DNA from: Trueperaceae bacterium
GTDB lineage: Bacteria > Deinococcota > Deinococci > Deinococcales > Trueperaceae
DNA length: 38,439 nt
Direction: 5' to 3'
NCBI GenBank assembly: GCA_035703635.1
Contig: DASSXV010000064.1
Location: 1 to 38,439, forward strand
This document shows, piece by piece, positions 1-11,014 of the stretch. Made by a program: the position numbers and the translations under genes. Under the pieces are notes generated by a model. That model saw nothing but the letters and a program-made list of their open reading frames with translations, made no database searches and had not been told where the DNA came from. How positions within the stretch are numbered: the stretch's first letter is position 1; each line of letters starts with the position of its first letter.

Positions 1-30
1 TGGGCGGCATGCCTCCGCCCCCGCGAAGCC

Positions 31-876
31 TTACTCCGTGCTGGAGTCGTCTTCCGGGTGGTCGAGGGCTAGGCGATACGCTTCGTTCCTTGGCACGCCG
101 AGGGCGAGCAGCGCATCGCGCAATAGCCTACCGCGAACTCCCGCGCCCGCCAGTGCCGTAGCTAGAAGGGCGGCTGGCGCTGAATCGGCCGGGTCTGCGT
201 CGGGCGCGGGACCTACCACTATGACGATCTCGCCCTTCGGCTCTTTGGCGCTGAAGCGCGCGCTGAGGTCGCCGAGCGTCCCGCGCACCGTCTCCTCGTG
301 CAGCTTTGTCAGTTCACGGCTGACGCTGGCCTGACGCTCCGCGCCACAAGCGCGGGCCAGGTCCGTTAGTGTGGCCGCGAGGCGTTGTGGTGCCTCGTAG
401 ACGACAGAGGTGGCGCTGGCAGCCGCGATGCCGTTCAGGCGTCTCGTGCGTTCGCCGCCCTTTCGTGGCAGGAAGCCCTCGAAGGTGAAGCGCGCCGTCG
501 GCAACCCCGACAGCACCACGGCCGGCACTAGTGCTGTGGGGCCGGGGAGCGCCTCGACCGTCAACCCCAGCTCTATTGCAAGGCGGACTAGCTCAGCGCC
601 AGGGTCGGAAATGCCGGGGCTGCCGGCGTCGGTTATGAACGCCACGCGCTCGTTGTTCTCGAGTAGCGCTGGGGCGCGGCTGGCGATCGTGTGCGCGTCG
701 AGGCGCTCGAGGGGCGTGCTTACGCCATAGCGGTCGAGAAGCACGCGGCTGCGGCGCGTGTCTTCCGCGGCGACGACGTCGGCGGCTTTGAGGACTTCGA
801 CGGCGCGGTGGGTCATGTCGGACAAGTTCCCGATGGGTGTTGGCACGAGGGTGAGGCGCGCTGTGCTCGCGCTCAC
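31..876 (-). CDS. rsmI: 16S rRNA (cytidine1402-2'-O)-methyltransferase
   Basis: Motifs LVPTPIGNLSD, AAEDTR, TDAGSPGISDPG, FEGFLP, YEAPQR, RELTKLHEE, KGEIVIVV. Start moved to GTG 876, which overlaps the stop of the upstream small ORF (GTGA). Confidence 0.95.
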   Translation of the reverse strand: MSASTARLTLVPTPIGNLSDMTHRAVEVLKAADVVAAEDTRRSRVLLDRYGVSTPLERLDAHTIASRAPALLENNERVAFITDAGSPGISDPGAELVRLAIELGLTVEALPGPTALVPAVVLSGLPTARFTFEGFLPRKGGERTRRLNGIAAASATSVVYEAPQRLAATLTDLARACGAERQASVSRELTKLHEETVRGTLGDLSARFSAKEPKGEIVIVVGPAPDADPADSAPAALLATALAGAGVRGRLLRDALLALGVPRNEAYRLALDHPEDDSSTE

Positions 877-1073
877 TGCTCCGGACCCCCCGCCCGCCTG
901 CGGGCCGCCGACCTCGCGCGCACGTACCACCCGAGCGCCACCGCGACCGCTATCGCCAAGCTGACGACGACGCCTGTGTTGCGGTGCAACCCCAACGACT
1001 CTGCGAGCCGCGCTAGGAGCGGCAACGTGAAGGTGGCGGCGGCTATGACCCCGAGGAGCGCAGCGTAGTTCAC
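873..1073 (-). CDS. Small two-TM membrane protein (66 aa), hypothetical
   Basis: GTG at 1073 preceded by SD-like GGGGTGATC; two hydrophobic stretches and a basic tail; TGA overlaps the rsmI GTG. Confidence 0.65.
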   Translation of the reverse strand: MNYAALLGVIAAATFTLPLLARLAESLGLHRNTGVVVSLAIAVAVALGWYVRARSAARRRAGGPEQ

Positions 1074-1151
1074 TCGATCACCCCGAACATGCCAGGAGGC
1101 TACCAGGTGCGGGCCGCCTAGCCGCGAACCTAGCCATCGTCCCGCTGGCGG

Positions 1152-1179
1152 TAGAATACTCCCCGGGGGTAAAGGAGGG
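1152..1179 (+). promoter_or_regulatory. -10 box (TAGAAT), CsoR/CstR-type operator TACTCCCCGGGGGTA and SD AAGGAGG
   Basis: TAC-C-tract/G-tract-GTA pseudo-palindrome at 1157-1171, typical of CsoR/RcnR-family operators, directly upstream of the family gene. Confidence 0.7.
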
Positions 1180-1182
1180 TAC

Positions 1183-1464
1183 GTGCCTACGTCAACGACG
1201 AACCGCGAGACCGAAGCGGCCACGCGCAAAGTAGTCAACAGGCTCAAGCGCCTCGAGGGGCAGGTGCGGGGGCTGCAGGTGATGGTCGAGGACGGTCGCC
1301 CATGCAAGGACGTCCTCACGCTGCTGGCAGGCGTGCGCCGCGCCCTAGACGCGGCTGGCGACGAGTTGTTGGAGAACTACCTAAGCGACTGCCAAGCTGG
1401 CTTGGCGGCCGGCGAGCAAGACCTTACGGAACTGATGGCCAACATTCGGTTGGCGCGCGGCTGA
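1183..1464 (+). CDS. CsoR/RcnR/CstR-family transcriptional repressor
   Basis: NRLKRLEGQVRGLQVMVEDGRPC signature; C41 and C70; strong SD. Confidence 0.93.
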   Translation: MPTSTTNRETEAATRKVVNRLKRLEGQVRGLQVMVEDGRPCKDVLTLLAGVRRALDAAGDELLENYLSDCQAGLAAGEQDLTELMANIRLARG

Positions 1465-1471
1465 GCCGCGT

Positions 1472-2596
1472 TCAGGGCGCCCCGGCCACGTAGCGGGTCA
1501 GCGCGGTGGTCGGGTAGTAGTACCCGAGGATGCGCCCGTAGTCGTAACCGGACTGGGCGAGGGCGCGGGCGCCGTACTGGCTCATGCCAACGCCGTGACC
1601 CCAGCCGTCACCCTTGATGGCAAGGCCGCCCTGGACGCTGAAACGCATCGACTTGAGGCCCCAGCCGCGCGCCAATGTCGTGAGCTGCGAGCCGCGTAGC
1701 ACGCGCGAGCCGCCGCTGCCGGTCACCTCGAGTTCGGACACGCGGCCAGACTCGCTCAGCTTCAGCACCCGCAACCCACTCACGGTGCCGACCCCAACGC
1801 CAGCAGCTGCGAGGCTGCGCGTCACCACGCTGGCGTCGAGGCGCGCGGTCCATGCGCGGTGTGGCGTAGTGGACGGGACGTCCTGCAGCGCGACGAGATA
1901 CGGGATGCTCGAGCCCCACACTTCTTGGCTAGAAGCAACGGCGCCACCGGAATCGGAGTGATAGTAGGTCTTGGCGGTCTCGCCCAAGTAAGTGACGACG
2001 ACGCCAGCAGTTGCCGCGATGGCCTCGTCCGTGCGTGGGTGCTCGGCTTCGACGCCGCGGTAGACCTGGCAATCTACGGTGGCGCACAGGTCGTACCTGC
2101 CGCCTGGGTTCAAGGACACGAGCGTGTAAGAGCGCGCGGCGACGGCCTGCGCCTTGAGCGCTTCGAGCGGCCACGACGCCGCCATCTCGGACGGCACGAC
2201 CCCACGTAGGTAGGCTTCGATGTCGAGTACGTTCACGACCTCGACTTCGTCACCCACGGCACTCAACCTGATGGCGCCCCGGTAACGCCTGCCACTCACT
2301 TCCAAGTTGCCCGCGCTGGATTCTAGCGTCAGCGTCTCCCCCAACTCGCGCCCGTCGATGACTAGCCGACCAGCGCGCGCGCTGACGGGCCAGTCGAGGG
2401 GCGCGGCGGTCGAGAAGCGCTCGCGGCCGGAAACGCCGCTGTGCGGCCCCAAAGCCCTCACCGTCACATCCGGAGCGACAGCTAGCAGCACGCGTACGGG
2501 CGTAGGAGCCGCAAGGTAGACCTGAGCGCGACCACTGGGCAGGCCCATCACGAGAAGCAGCAGTAGCGAGACGAAGTGGAGACGGCGCGGTGGCAT
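1472..2596 (-). CDS. SpoIID/LytB domain protein (peptidoglycan lytic transglycosylase-like)
   Basis: Signal peptide; YLRGVVPSEM, EALKAQAVAARSY, CQVYRG, GWGHGVGMSQYGA, ILGYYYP. Confidence 0.92.
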   Translation of the reverse strand: MPPRRLHFVSLLLLLVMGLPSGRAQVYLAAPTPVRVLLAVAPDVTVRALGPHSGVSGRERFSTAAPLDWPVSARAGRLVIDGRELGETLTLESSAGNLEVSGRRYRGAIRLSAVGDEVEVVNVLDIEAYLRGVVPSEMAASWPLEALKAQAVAARSYTLVSLNPGGRYDLCATVDCQVYRGVEAEHPRTDEAIAATAGVVVTYLGETAKTYYHSDSGGAVASSQEVWGSSIPYLVALQDVPSTTPHRAWTARLDASVVTRSLAAAGVGVGTVSGLRVLKLSESGRVSELEVTGSGGSRVLRGSQLTTLARGWGLKSMRFSVQGGLAIKGDGWGHGVGMSQYGARALAQSGYDYGRILGYYYPTTALTRYVAGAP

Positions 2597-2677
2597 AGCT
2601 GGTCAAGTATGACCTTTTGGCCTCGCGGCCGCGCCGGACATACTCCACAACGTCGCGCACCCGTGGCACCATGAGGC

Positions 2678-3526
2678 ATGTACAGTTCAGATCTGTTGCA
2701 AGGCAAGGTCGTGTTCGTAACTGGCGGCGGGAGCGGCCTTGGGCTCTCGATGACCAGGCGCTTCCTAAGCCTGGGCGCGAACGCCGTCATCGCCAGCCGG
2801 CGCTTCGACCTCCTCTCCGAGCAGGCCGCCGCCCTCGAGGCAGAGACCGGCGGGCGCGTGCTGCCGCTCGCCCTCGACGTGCGCGACCCAGAGGCAGTGT
2901 CAGGAGCGCTTGACGCCGCCTTCGCGGAGTTCGGCAAGGTCGACGCCCTCGTCAACAACGCAGCGGGCAACTTCATCTCCCCAACGGAGAGGCTGTCGCA
3001 CCGCGCGTTCGATAGCGTGCTAGGGATCGTGCTGCACGGCAGCGTTTACATGACGCTCGAGCTTGGCAAGCGCTGGATCGCGTCCGGCGCGAAGGGCGTA
3101 GTCCTCTCGATCGCCGCGACGTACGCCGAGCGCGGTTCTGGCTACGTGGTGCCGTCAGCGGTCGCCAAGGCGGGGGTCGTGTCGCTAACGCGCTCTTTGG
3201 CTGGCGAGTGGGGCAAGTACGGCATCCGACTGAACGCCATCGCACCAGGGCCGTTCCCGACGCAGGGGGCGTGGAGCCGCCTCATGCCCACCAAGGACAT
3301 CGAGGCGCTCTTCGAGAGCCGCGTGCCGCTAGGACGCGTCGGCGATCACCTCGAGCTAGCCAACTTGGCGAGTTACATGCTCTCCGACGAGGCCAGCTAC
3401 ATGACGGGCGACCTCATCTACCTCGACGGCGGCGAAAGCGCCTTCAACGCAGGCGAGTTCAACCTGCTTGACGCCGTCACGAGCGAGCAGTGGGACGCCC
3501 TCGAGGCGGCTAGGCGCCGCGGTTGA
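2678..3526 (+). CDS. SDR oxidoreductase, 2,4-dienoyl-CoA reductase-like
   Basis: TGGGSGLG, NNAAGNF, PSAVAKAG (Tyr-less catalytic motif typical of DECR-type SDRs), IRLNAIAPGP. Confidence 0.85.
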   Translation: MYSSDLLQGKVVFVTGGGSGLGLSMTRRFLSLGANAVIASRRFDLLSEQAAALEAETGGRVLPLALDVRDPEAVSGALDAAFAEFGKVDALVNNAAGNFISPTERLSHRAFDSVLGIVLHGSVYMTLELGKRWIASGAKGVVLSIAATYAERGSGYVVPSAVAKAGVVSLTRSLAGEWGKYGIRLNAIAPGPFPTQGAWSRLMPTKDIEALFESRVPLGRVGDHLELANLASYMLSDEASYMTGDLIYLDGGESAFNAGEFNLLDAVTSEQWDALEAARRRG

Positions 3527-3538
3527 CGGCTGGAGCGG

Positions 3539-3958
3539 CTAGAGTTCCGAGCCGCCAGGCAGCGTCATGGTGAAGATGCCCGTCGCGTCCTGGTAACGCA
3601 CGATGACGGTGTACACGCCACCGCCGTTCTCGAACACGCGATCGAGCGCGACGCGTTGACCCTTCACGTAAGTCGCCTCGAAGATCTTGGTTTCAGGGCC
3701 GGCGGCTGCCCCGGTCTGGAAGCTCTCTGGGCGCTGGTAACGCACCTCGACCTCAACGGTGCCCCTCTTGACCTCGCCAGTGAAGCGCACCGGCATGTCG
3801 GTCCGCTGGGTGGTGCGGCGCGAGGTCGTCGAGGTGAAGTCCTTCTTGTAGACGAGTATGGGTGTTTGGCCGGGTAGGCCCAAGTACCATCCGCGTGTCT
3901 CGCCAACGGCGAAGAAGATGATGGCGACGATGACCAGGAAGCCTATGAAACCGCGCAT
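3539..3958 (-). CDS. Hypothetical exported or membrane-anchored beta-rich protein
   Basis: N-terminal hydrophobic helix, coding-like codon usage, TATACT 6 nt upstream of the ATG. Confidence 0.75.
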   Translation of the reverse strand: MRGFIGFLVIVAIIFFAVGETRGWYLGLPGQTPILVYKKDFTSTTSRRTTQRTDMPVRFTGEVKRGTVEVEVRYQRPESFQTGAAAGPETKIFEATYVKGQRVALDRVFENGGGVYTVIVRYQDATGIFTMTLPGGSEL

Positions 3959-3982
3959 GGCCGGAGTATACCGGCCATGCGC
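3953..3982. repeat. Perfect 12-bp inverted repeat GCGCATGGCCGG-AGTATA-CCGGCCATGCGC
   Basis: Read directly; spans the start codon and -10 box of the 3539-3958 gene. Confidence 0.9.
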
Positions 3983-4019
3983 AGGCTCACAAGAGGTTTT
4001 TCGCAGTCGCGACGTCAGT

Positions 4020-6752
<2,733 letters not shown>

Positions 6753-6853
6753 GTTCGCTCCTTGTCTAGTGTCGAAGCTCGTGCGCCATGGGGCCGCCAG
6801 CCGAGGCGGCATACTGCCCTCACGCATCCAATCTTGCCGCTACTCTAAGTGAT

Positions 6854-7561
6854 ATGACAGGGCCACAATCACCTAGACGTTACGCGGATACCGCTGGCGA
6901 CGAGGCCGTCCCGGCGCACGGGGCGCGCACGCGCATCATCACCGAGGCGCAAGCGGCAGACGCACTCACCAGCCCAGCGAGCCTCCGCCACCTCGCCCCC
7001 TTCATCGGACGCGCGGTCAGCGTGACCACGGCGGCGCAAGAGAGCAACGAGAAGGCCAACACCACCCTCAAGCGCGTGCAGCGCTTCGTGAACCTAGGTC
7101 TGGTCGAGGTGGCTGGCTTGGTCCCGCGGGCTGGCCGGCCGATAAGGCTTTACCGCTCGACGGCCGAGGTGTTCTTCGTGCCGTTCGAGGTGACGCACTC
7201 TGAGTCCCTCGAGGCTGCCTTGGCCGAGCGCGACGACTACTGGGAGCGCCTCTTGCGCCGCAACGTCGTGCGGGGGCGACGCGAGGCGCTCGGTGAGTGG
7301 GGCACGCGCTTCTACCGCGATCGGCGCGGGCGCCTGCAAGTGCAGACGGCGGTGACTCCCGACGTCAACGCCACCACCCTAGACGCGGAGGCGCCTGCGA
7401 CGCTCTCGCTATGGAGAGACCAGGTTCAACTGGACTTCGCGGACGCCAAGGAGCTGCAGCGCGAGATGTTCGCGCTGGTGCAGCGCTACCAACGCCACTC
7501 CGGCTCCCAGCGCTACGTCGTCCGCATGGGCTTGGCGCCCGTGCTCGAAGAGGTCGAGTGA
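6854..7561 (+). CDS. ArsR-like winged-helix DNA-binding protein, divergent from acnA
   Basis: ALTSPASLRHLAPF...SVTTAAQ...VQRFVNLGLVEV...RAGRPIRLYRS wHTH pattern; TACTCT 7 nt upstream of ATG 6854. Confidence 0.7.
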   Translation: MTGPQSPRRYADTAGDEAVPAHGARTRIITEAQAADALTSPASLRHLAPFIGRAVSVTTAAQESNEKANTTLKRVQRFVNLGLVEVAGLVPRAGRPIRLYRSTAEVFFVPFEVTHSESLEAALAERDDYWERLLRRNVVRGRREALGEWGTRFYRDRRGRLQVQTAVTPDVNATTLDAEAPATLSLWRDQVQLDFADAKELQREMFALVQRYQRHSGSQRYVVRMGLAPVLEEVE

Positions 7562-7614
7562 TGACCTCCACGAGTTGGTCACGCCACTCACGCGCCACCT
7601 GGTTAGCATTAGGG

Positions 7615-8007
7615 ATGATGCACTCCAGTCCAACCGCCCACTTCCACATCAGCGCCCGCACGCCGGTGGCTGCGAGGCGCCTGGCGCTCATCGCCCCTCT
7701 CCTGCTCGTGCTCGCGGCCTGCGCACCTGGCGCGTTCGGTCCCGGCGCCTCCACCGACCCCGTCTCGGCAGAGTTGGAGCGCACCGCTCAGGTCCTCTTC
7801 CACCGCATGGAACTAGGTCACCTGGAGGCGGGTGTCTACACCACCAACGCCCTCATCGACGTGAAGCTGCCGGAGGGCGCGCGCTGGACGCTCCAAGAGT
7901 TCGCGTCAGACGGCTCGAGTTACGTACTGACGCTGACGTCATCGCGGCTGCCTGGCGTGGGGTGGCGCGTTTCACCCCGCGGAGTCTCACAGTTCAACCC
8001 CGGTTGA
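7615..8007 (+). CDS. Putative lipoprotein
   Basis: Lipobox LLLVLAAC after basic residues; start uncertain (7561, 7615 or 7618). Confidence 0.65.
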   Translation: MMHSSPTAHFHISARTPVAARRLALIAPLLLVLAACAPGAFGPGASTDPVSAELERTAQVLFHRMELGHLEAGVYTTNALIDVKLPEGARWTLQEFASDGSSYVLTLTSSRLPGVGWRVSPRGVSQFNPG

Positions 8008-8030
8008 CGCCGCCTAACTGAACGCAAGCG

Positions 8031-8065
8031 AAGGGGGTCAGGGCCGAACCCGGCCCCGACCCCTT
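8031..8065. terminator. GC-rich hairpin between convergent genes (probable terminator)
   Basis: AAGGGG-GTC-A-GGGCCG-AACC-CGGCCC-C-GAC-CCCTT; no long U tract. Confidence 0.6.
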
Positions 8066-8086
8066 ACGCACTAGCGTGAAGTGCGC

Positions 8087-8416
8087 TTAGACCCCGACTG
8101 GTAGGTGCTTCGTCAGGCGAGCCTGGTACGCCGACTTCGGTTGGGCGCCGACCATGACTTCTACCGGCTGCCCGTCCTTGAAGAGCATGACGGTAGGGAT
8201 GCTCATGACGCGGAACTCCTGCGCCACACGCATGTTGTCATCGACGTTGAGCTTGCCGACCTTGACCTTGCCCGTGTATTCACCCGCCAGCTCCTCGATA
8301 ACGGGTCCGACCATCCGACAAGGGCCGCACCATGGCGCCCAGAAGTCAACCAGTACGAGGCCCTTGCCCGTTTCGCTAGCGAAGTTGCTGTCAGTGAACT
8401 CGACGGTGTTAGCCAT
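8087..8416 (-). CDS. trxA: Thioredoxin
   Basis: [22 protein letters not shown]. Confidence 0.97.
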   Translation of the reverse strand: MANTVEFTDSNFASETGKGLVLVDFWAPWCGPCRMVGPVIEELAGEYTGKVKVGKLNVDDNMRVAQEFRVMSIPTVMLFKDGQPVEVMVGAQPKSAYQARLTKHLPVGV

Positions 8417-8523
8417 CAGATCTACTCCTCAAATCGGGCGCTGCTTGCGCCGTTACTAACCCTAGAGTATGTGCCAAGTCGAACTTCTCCATGTAACCAG
8501 CTAGACACCGGCGGCTGGACGCA

Positions 8524-9723
8524 CTAGTCACGCCCCTCGGCGCTCCACGCGACGAGCGCCGTGGCTGGCGCGCCACGCGCTACGCGCGGAGGCGTGACGC
8601 CGAGCGCCTGGTGCCCCCCCTTGACGGCGGCCCGCACGGCGGCCCGGGGGTTCAGGCCTGCGCCCTGTTGCTCGAGTGCCGCCATGACTTCGGCGGTGAC
8701 GTCGAGGTCGGGGCTCGAGCCGCGCGAGTCGGTCCCGAAGGCTAAAGCAACGCCGTGGCGCGCGTACATGGCCCACGGGAAGCTGCCGCACTCGAGGGCG
8801 GCGTTCGACCTTGGGCAGTGGACGACGACCGCGCCAGAGCGGGCGATGAGCCGCACGTCGCTCTCGTCGACCTGCACCCCATGAACCAGCGTCGGTGCCG
8901 CATCGAGCACCCCGAGTTCGTCGAGGTAACGCACGGGGGAGCCGCCTGTCGCTTGAAAGGCGAAGCCGGCGGCCGCCAACGCTTCAGCCAACTGGCCGCT
9001 GCCGCGCTCATGGAGTTCGCGTTCCGCTGGGGCTTCGGCGACGTGGATGGCGAGTGGGATGCGCTCGGCCCTGGCGAAAGCGACGAGGCGCTGCAGCAGC
9101 GGCGCGCTTACGGTATGCGGCGTGTGCGGCGAGAGCCCTACGCGCATGCCGCCCACGCGCTGCAGGGCCCTGAAACGCGTGAGGCGTCGCACCGTCGCCT
9201 CGAAGACGGCGTCCGCGTCCTCTCGGCGTGGGGCGAAGACCTCCCAGTACGCAACGCCTCCAACGGCCGTTTGCGACAGGAGCAGCTCCATGACGCCTTC
9301 GTCGGTGACGACGTCTCCGATGATGGTGGTGCCGTTAGCCGCGAGTTCGGCTAGGCCGCTCCGCGCTGCCGCCAACCCCCGTCCGCCACTACTGGCGTGC
9401 GCCACGACCGTGGCGATGAAATCCACGTACGCGCCAGGCGTGTACGTCATGTGCGAGAGGTCGAGGTGCGTGTGGGCGTTCACGACGGGCGGTGAGACGG
9501 CGAATCCACAATCCAGCAGGGCGGCGTCCGGGTAGGCCGCCGTGGCGTCCACGCTGCTCGTCACGTTGACGATGCTGCTTACGCCCGGAGCCCGCTGCAC
9601 GACCACGGCCCCGTCGGCTCTAGGAAGGCCAAGGCCGTCATATACGACGTCCGCTCGCGCCACGACCCGCCCAAGCGCGGCAGGCGCTGACCCGATCAGC
9701 CTCTCAAGTTGACTCGTGGCCAC
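8524..9723 (-). CDS. Amidohydrolase, probable 6-amino-6-deoxyfutalosine deaminase
   Basis: NAHTHLD, SPHTPH, HVAE, VHG, CPRSN, GTDS metal-binding motifs; 11 nt downstream of mqnC. Substrate inferred from context. Confidence 0.75.
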   Translation of the reverse strand: MATSQLERLIGSAPAALGRVVARADVVYDGLGLPRADGAVVVQRAPGVSSIVNVTSSVDATAAYPDAALLDCGFAVSPPVVNAHTHLDLSHMTYTPGAYVDFIATVVAHASSGGRGLAAARSGLAELAANGTTIIGDVVTDEGVMELLLSQTAVGGVAYWEVFAPRREDADAVFEATVRRLTRFRALQRVGGMRVGLSPHTPHTVSAPLLQRLVAFARAERIPLAIHVAEAPAERELHERGSGQLAEALAAAGFAFQATGGSPVRYLDELGVLDAAPTLVHGVQVDESDVRLIARSGAVVVHCPRSNAALECGSFPWAMYARHGVALAFGTDSRGSSPDLDVTAEVMAALEQQGAGLNPRAAVRAAVKGGHQALGVTPPRVARGAPATALVAWSAEGRD

Positions 9724-9734
9724 GAGGAAAGCGC

Positions 9735-10916
9735 CTAGCCAACTGACGCGTCAGAACCAGCCACCGCGACCCTGGCCGCGAGCTGCCCGGAAGGCGCGCT
9801 AGCGGCGCTGGGGAGCTGAAACTCGCGCGGGTCGACGCGGCGCAGGATGCCGTACAGCGAGTCGCGTTGCGCTGGCTCGTAACCGGCGTCGACGATCTGG
9901 CGCACGATCTCGCTCTCAGGGGTGTTGCTGTGCTTGGCGCCAGCTTGTGAAACGACGTTCTCCTCGAGCATGGTGGAGCCGAAGTCGTTGCAGCCGAAGT
10001 AGAGCGCTGTCTGCGCGACCTTGTAACCCATGGTCGGCCACGAGGCCTGAAAGTTCACGACGTTGTCTAGCAACAGGCGGCTGACGGCGACGTTCTGCAG
10101 GTACTCGTGAGCGCCCGCGCCCGGCGCCTTGCCCTCGATGCGCACCCCTTGCGTCTGCAGCGTCCAGGAGATGAACGCCGAGAAGCCGTTGCCGTGGCTA
10201 GCGAGGGCACGGTCCTGTTGGTCGCGAACGCGCATGAGGCTCTCCACGCGCTGCTTCGGCGTCTCGCCGAAGCCGATCACCATGGTGGCCGTCGTGTACA
10301 GGCCCAACGACTGCGCCTCGCCCATGACCCGGATCCAGTCGTCAGAGGAGATGCGCCCTGGGGAAACGTAGCGTGCGAGCCGCACCTCGTCGACGAGCAT
10401 CTCGCCTCCGCCGCCAGGTAGGCCGTCTAGGCCGGCAGCTTGTAGTTCGACGAGGACGTTGCGGGTAGTCATGCCCGTCAACTCCGCCATGCCCCTGATC
10501 TCCTCTGGGCTGAACGCCTCGACGCGGATGGTCGGGTGGTTCAGCTTGAGGTGGCGCATGAGCTCCAGGTACCAGTCGAACGGGAGGTAGCGGTTGACCC
10601 CGCCCTGCATGAGGATGCGGCTCCCGCCTACGTTCTCGAGTTCGACGATCTTCTGCGAGATCTGCTCGTACGAGAGGGTGTACGAGTCGTCCTGGCGCCG
10701 GGTGCGGTAGAAACCGCAGAAAGCGCAGCCGACGGAGCAGACGTTCGAGTAGTTGATGTTGCGGTCGATCAGGTAGGTGACCGTCTTCGGGTCGGTACGC
10801 ATGTTGCGCACGGCGTCGGCGGCGGCCGCGAGGTCGAATAGCGGCAAGTCGTACAGCTGGACGGCTTCGTCTGGTGTGAGGCGGGCACCTGACGCCGCCT
10901 TGCCTAACAGGCTCAT
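9735..10916 (-). CDS. mqnC: Cyclic dehypoxanthinyl futalosine synthase (radical SAM)
   Basis: IDRNINYSNVCSVGCAFCGF (CxxxCxxC), LPGGGGEML, QASW, GCNDFGSTMLEENVVSQAG. Confidence 0.9.
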   Translation of the reverse strand: MSLLGKAASGARLTPDEAVQLYDLPLFDLAAAADAVRNMRTDPKTVTYLIDRNINYSNVCSVGCAFCGFYRTRRQDDSYTLSYEQISQKIVELENVGGSRILMQGGVNRYLPFDWYLELMRHLKLNHPTIRVEAFSPEEIRGMAELTGMTTRNVLVELQAAGLDGLPGGGGEMLVDEVRLARYVSPGRISSDDWIRVMGEAQSLGLYTTATMVIGFGETPKQRVESLMRVRDQQDRALASHGNGFSAFISWTLQTQGVRIEGKAPGAGAHEYLQNVAVSRLLLDNVVNFQASWPTMGYKVAQTALYFGCNDFGSTMLEENVVSQAGAKHSNTPESEIVRQIVDAGYEPAQRDSLYGILRRVDPREFQLPSAASAPSGQLAARVAVAGSDASVG

Positions 10917-11014
10917 GCCGAAAGCATAGCACCGGGCACCTAGGCGCCTAGGCCGTCAGCGAGCGGAGCAGCAAGTTGTGTACTCCGCCGTCGACCACCA
11001 GGTAAACTAGAAGT

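Noticed and set aside
1070-1090. Leaderless mini-ORF MFGVIE* overlapping the GTG at 1073
   Set aside because: The same bases (GGGGTGATC) are adequately explained as the SD of the 66-aa ORF.
3959-4019. Iron-responsive-element-like hairpin in the acnA 3' UTR
   Set aside because: The loop is UAUACU, not CAGUG(N), and there is no bulged C.
8454-8470. ATACTCTAGGGTTAGTA upstream of trxA resembling the CsoR-type operator
   Set aside because: Spacing differs and the C-tract is missing; it also coincides with a likely -10 box.
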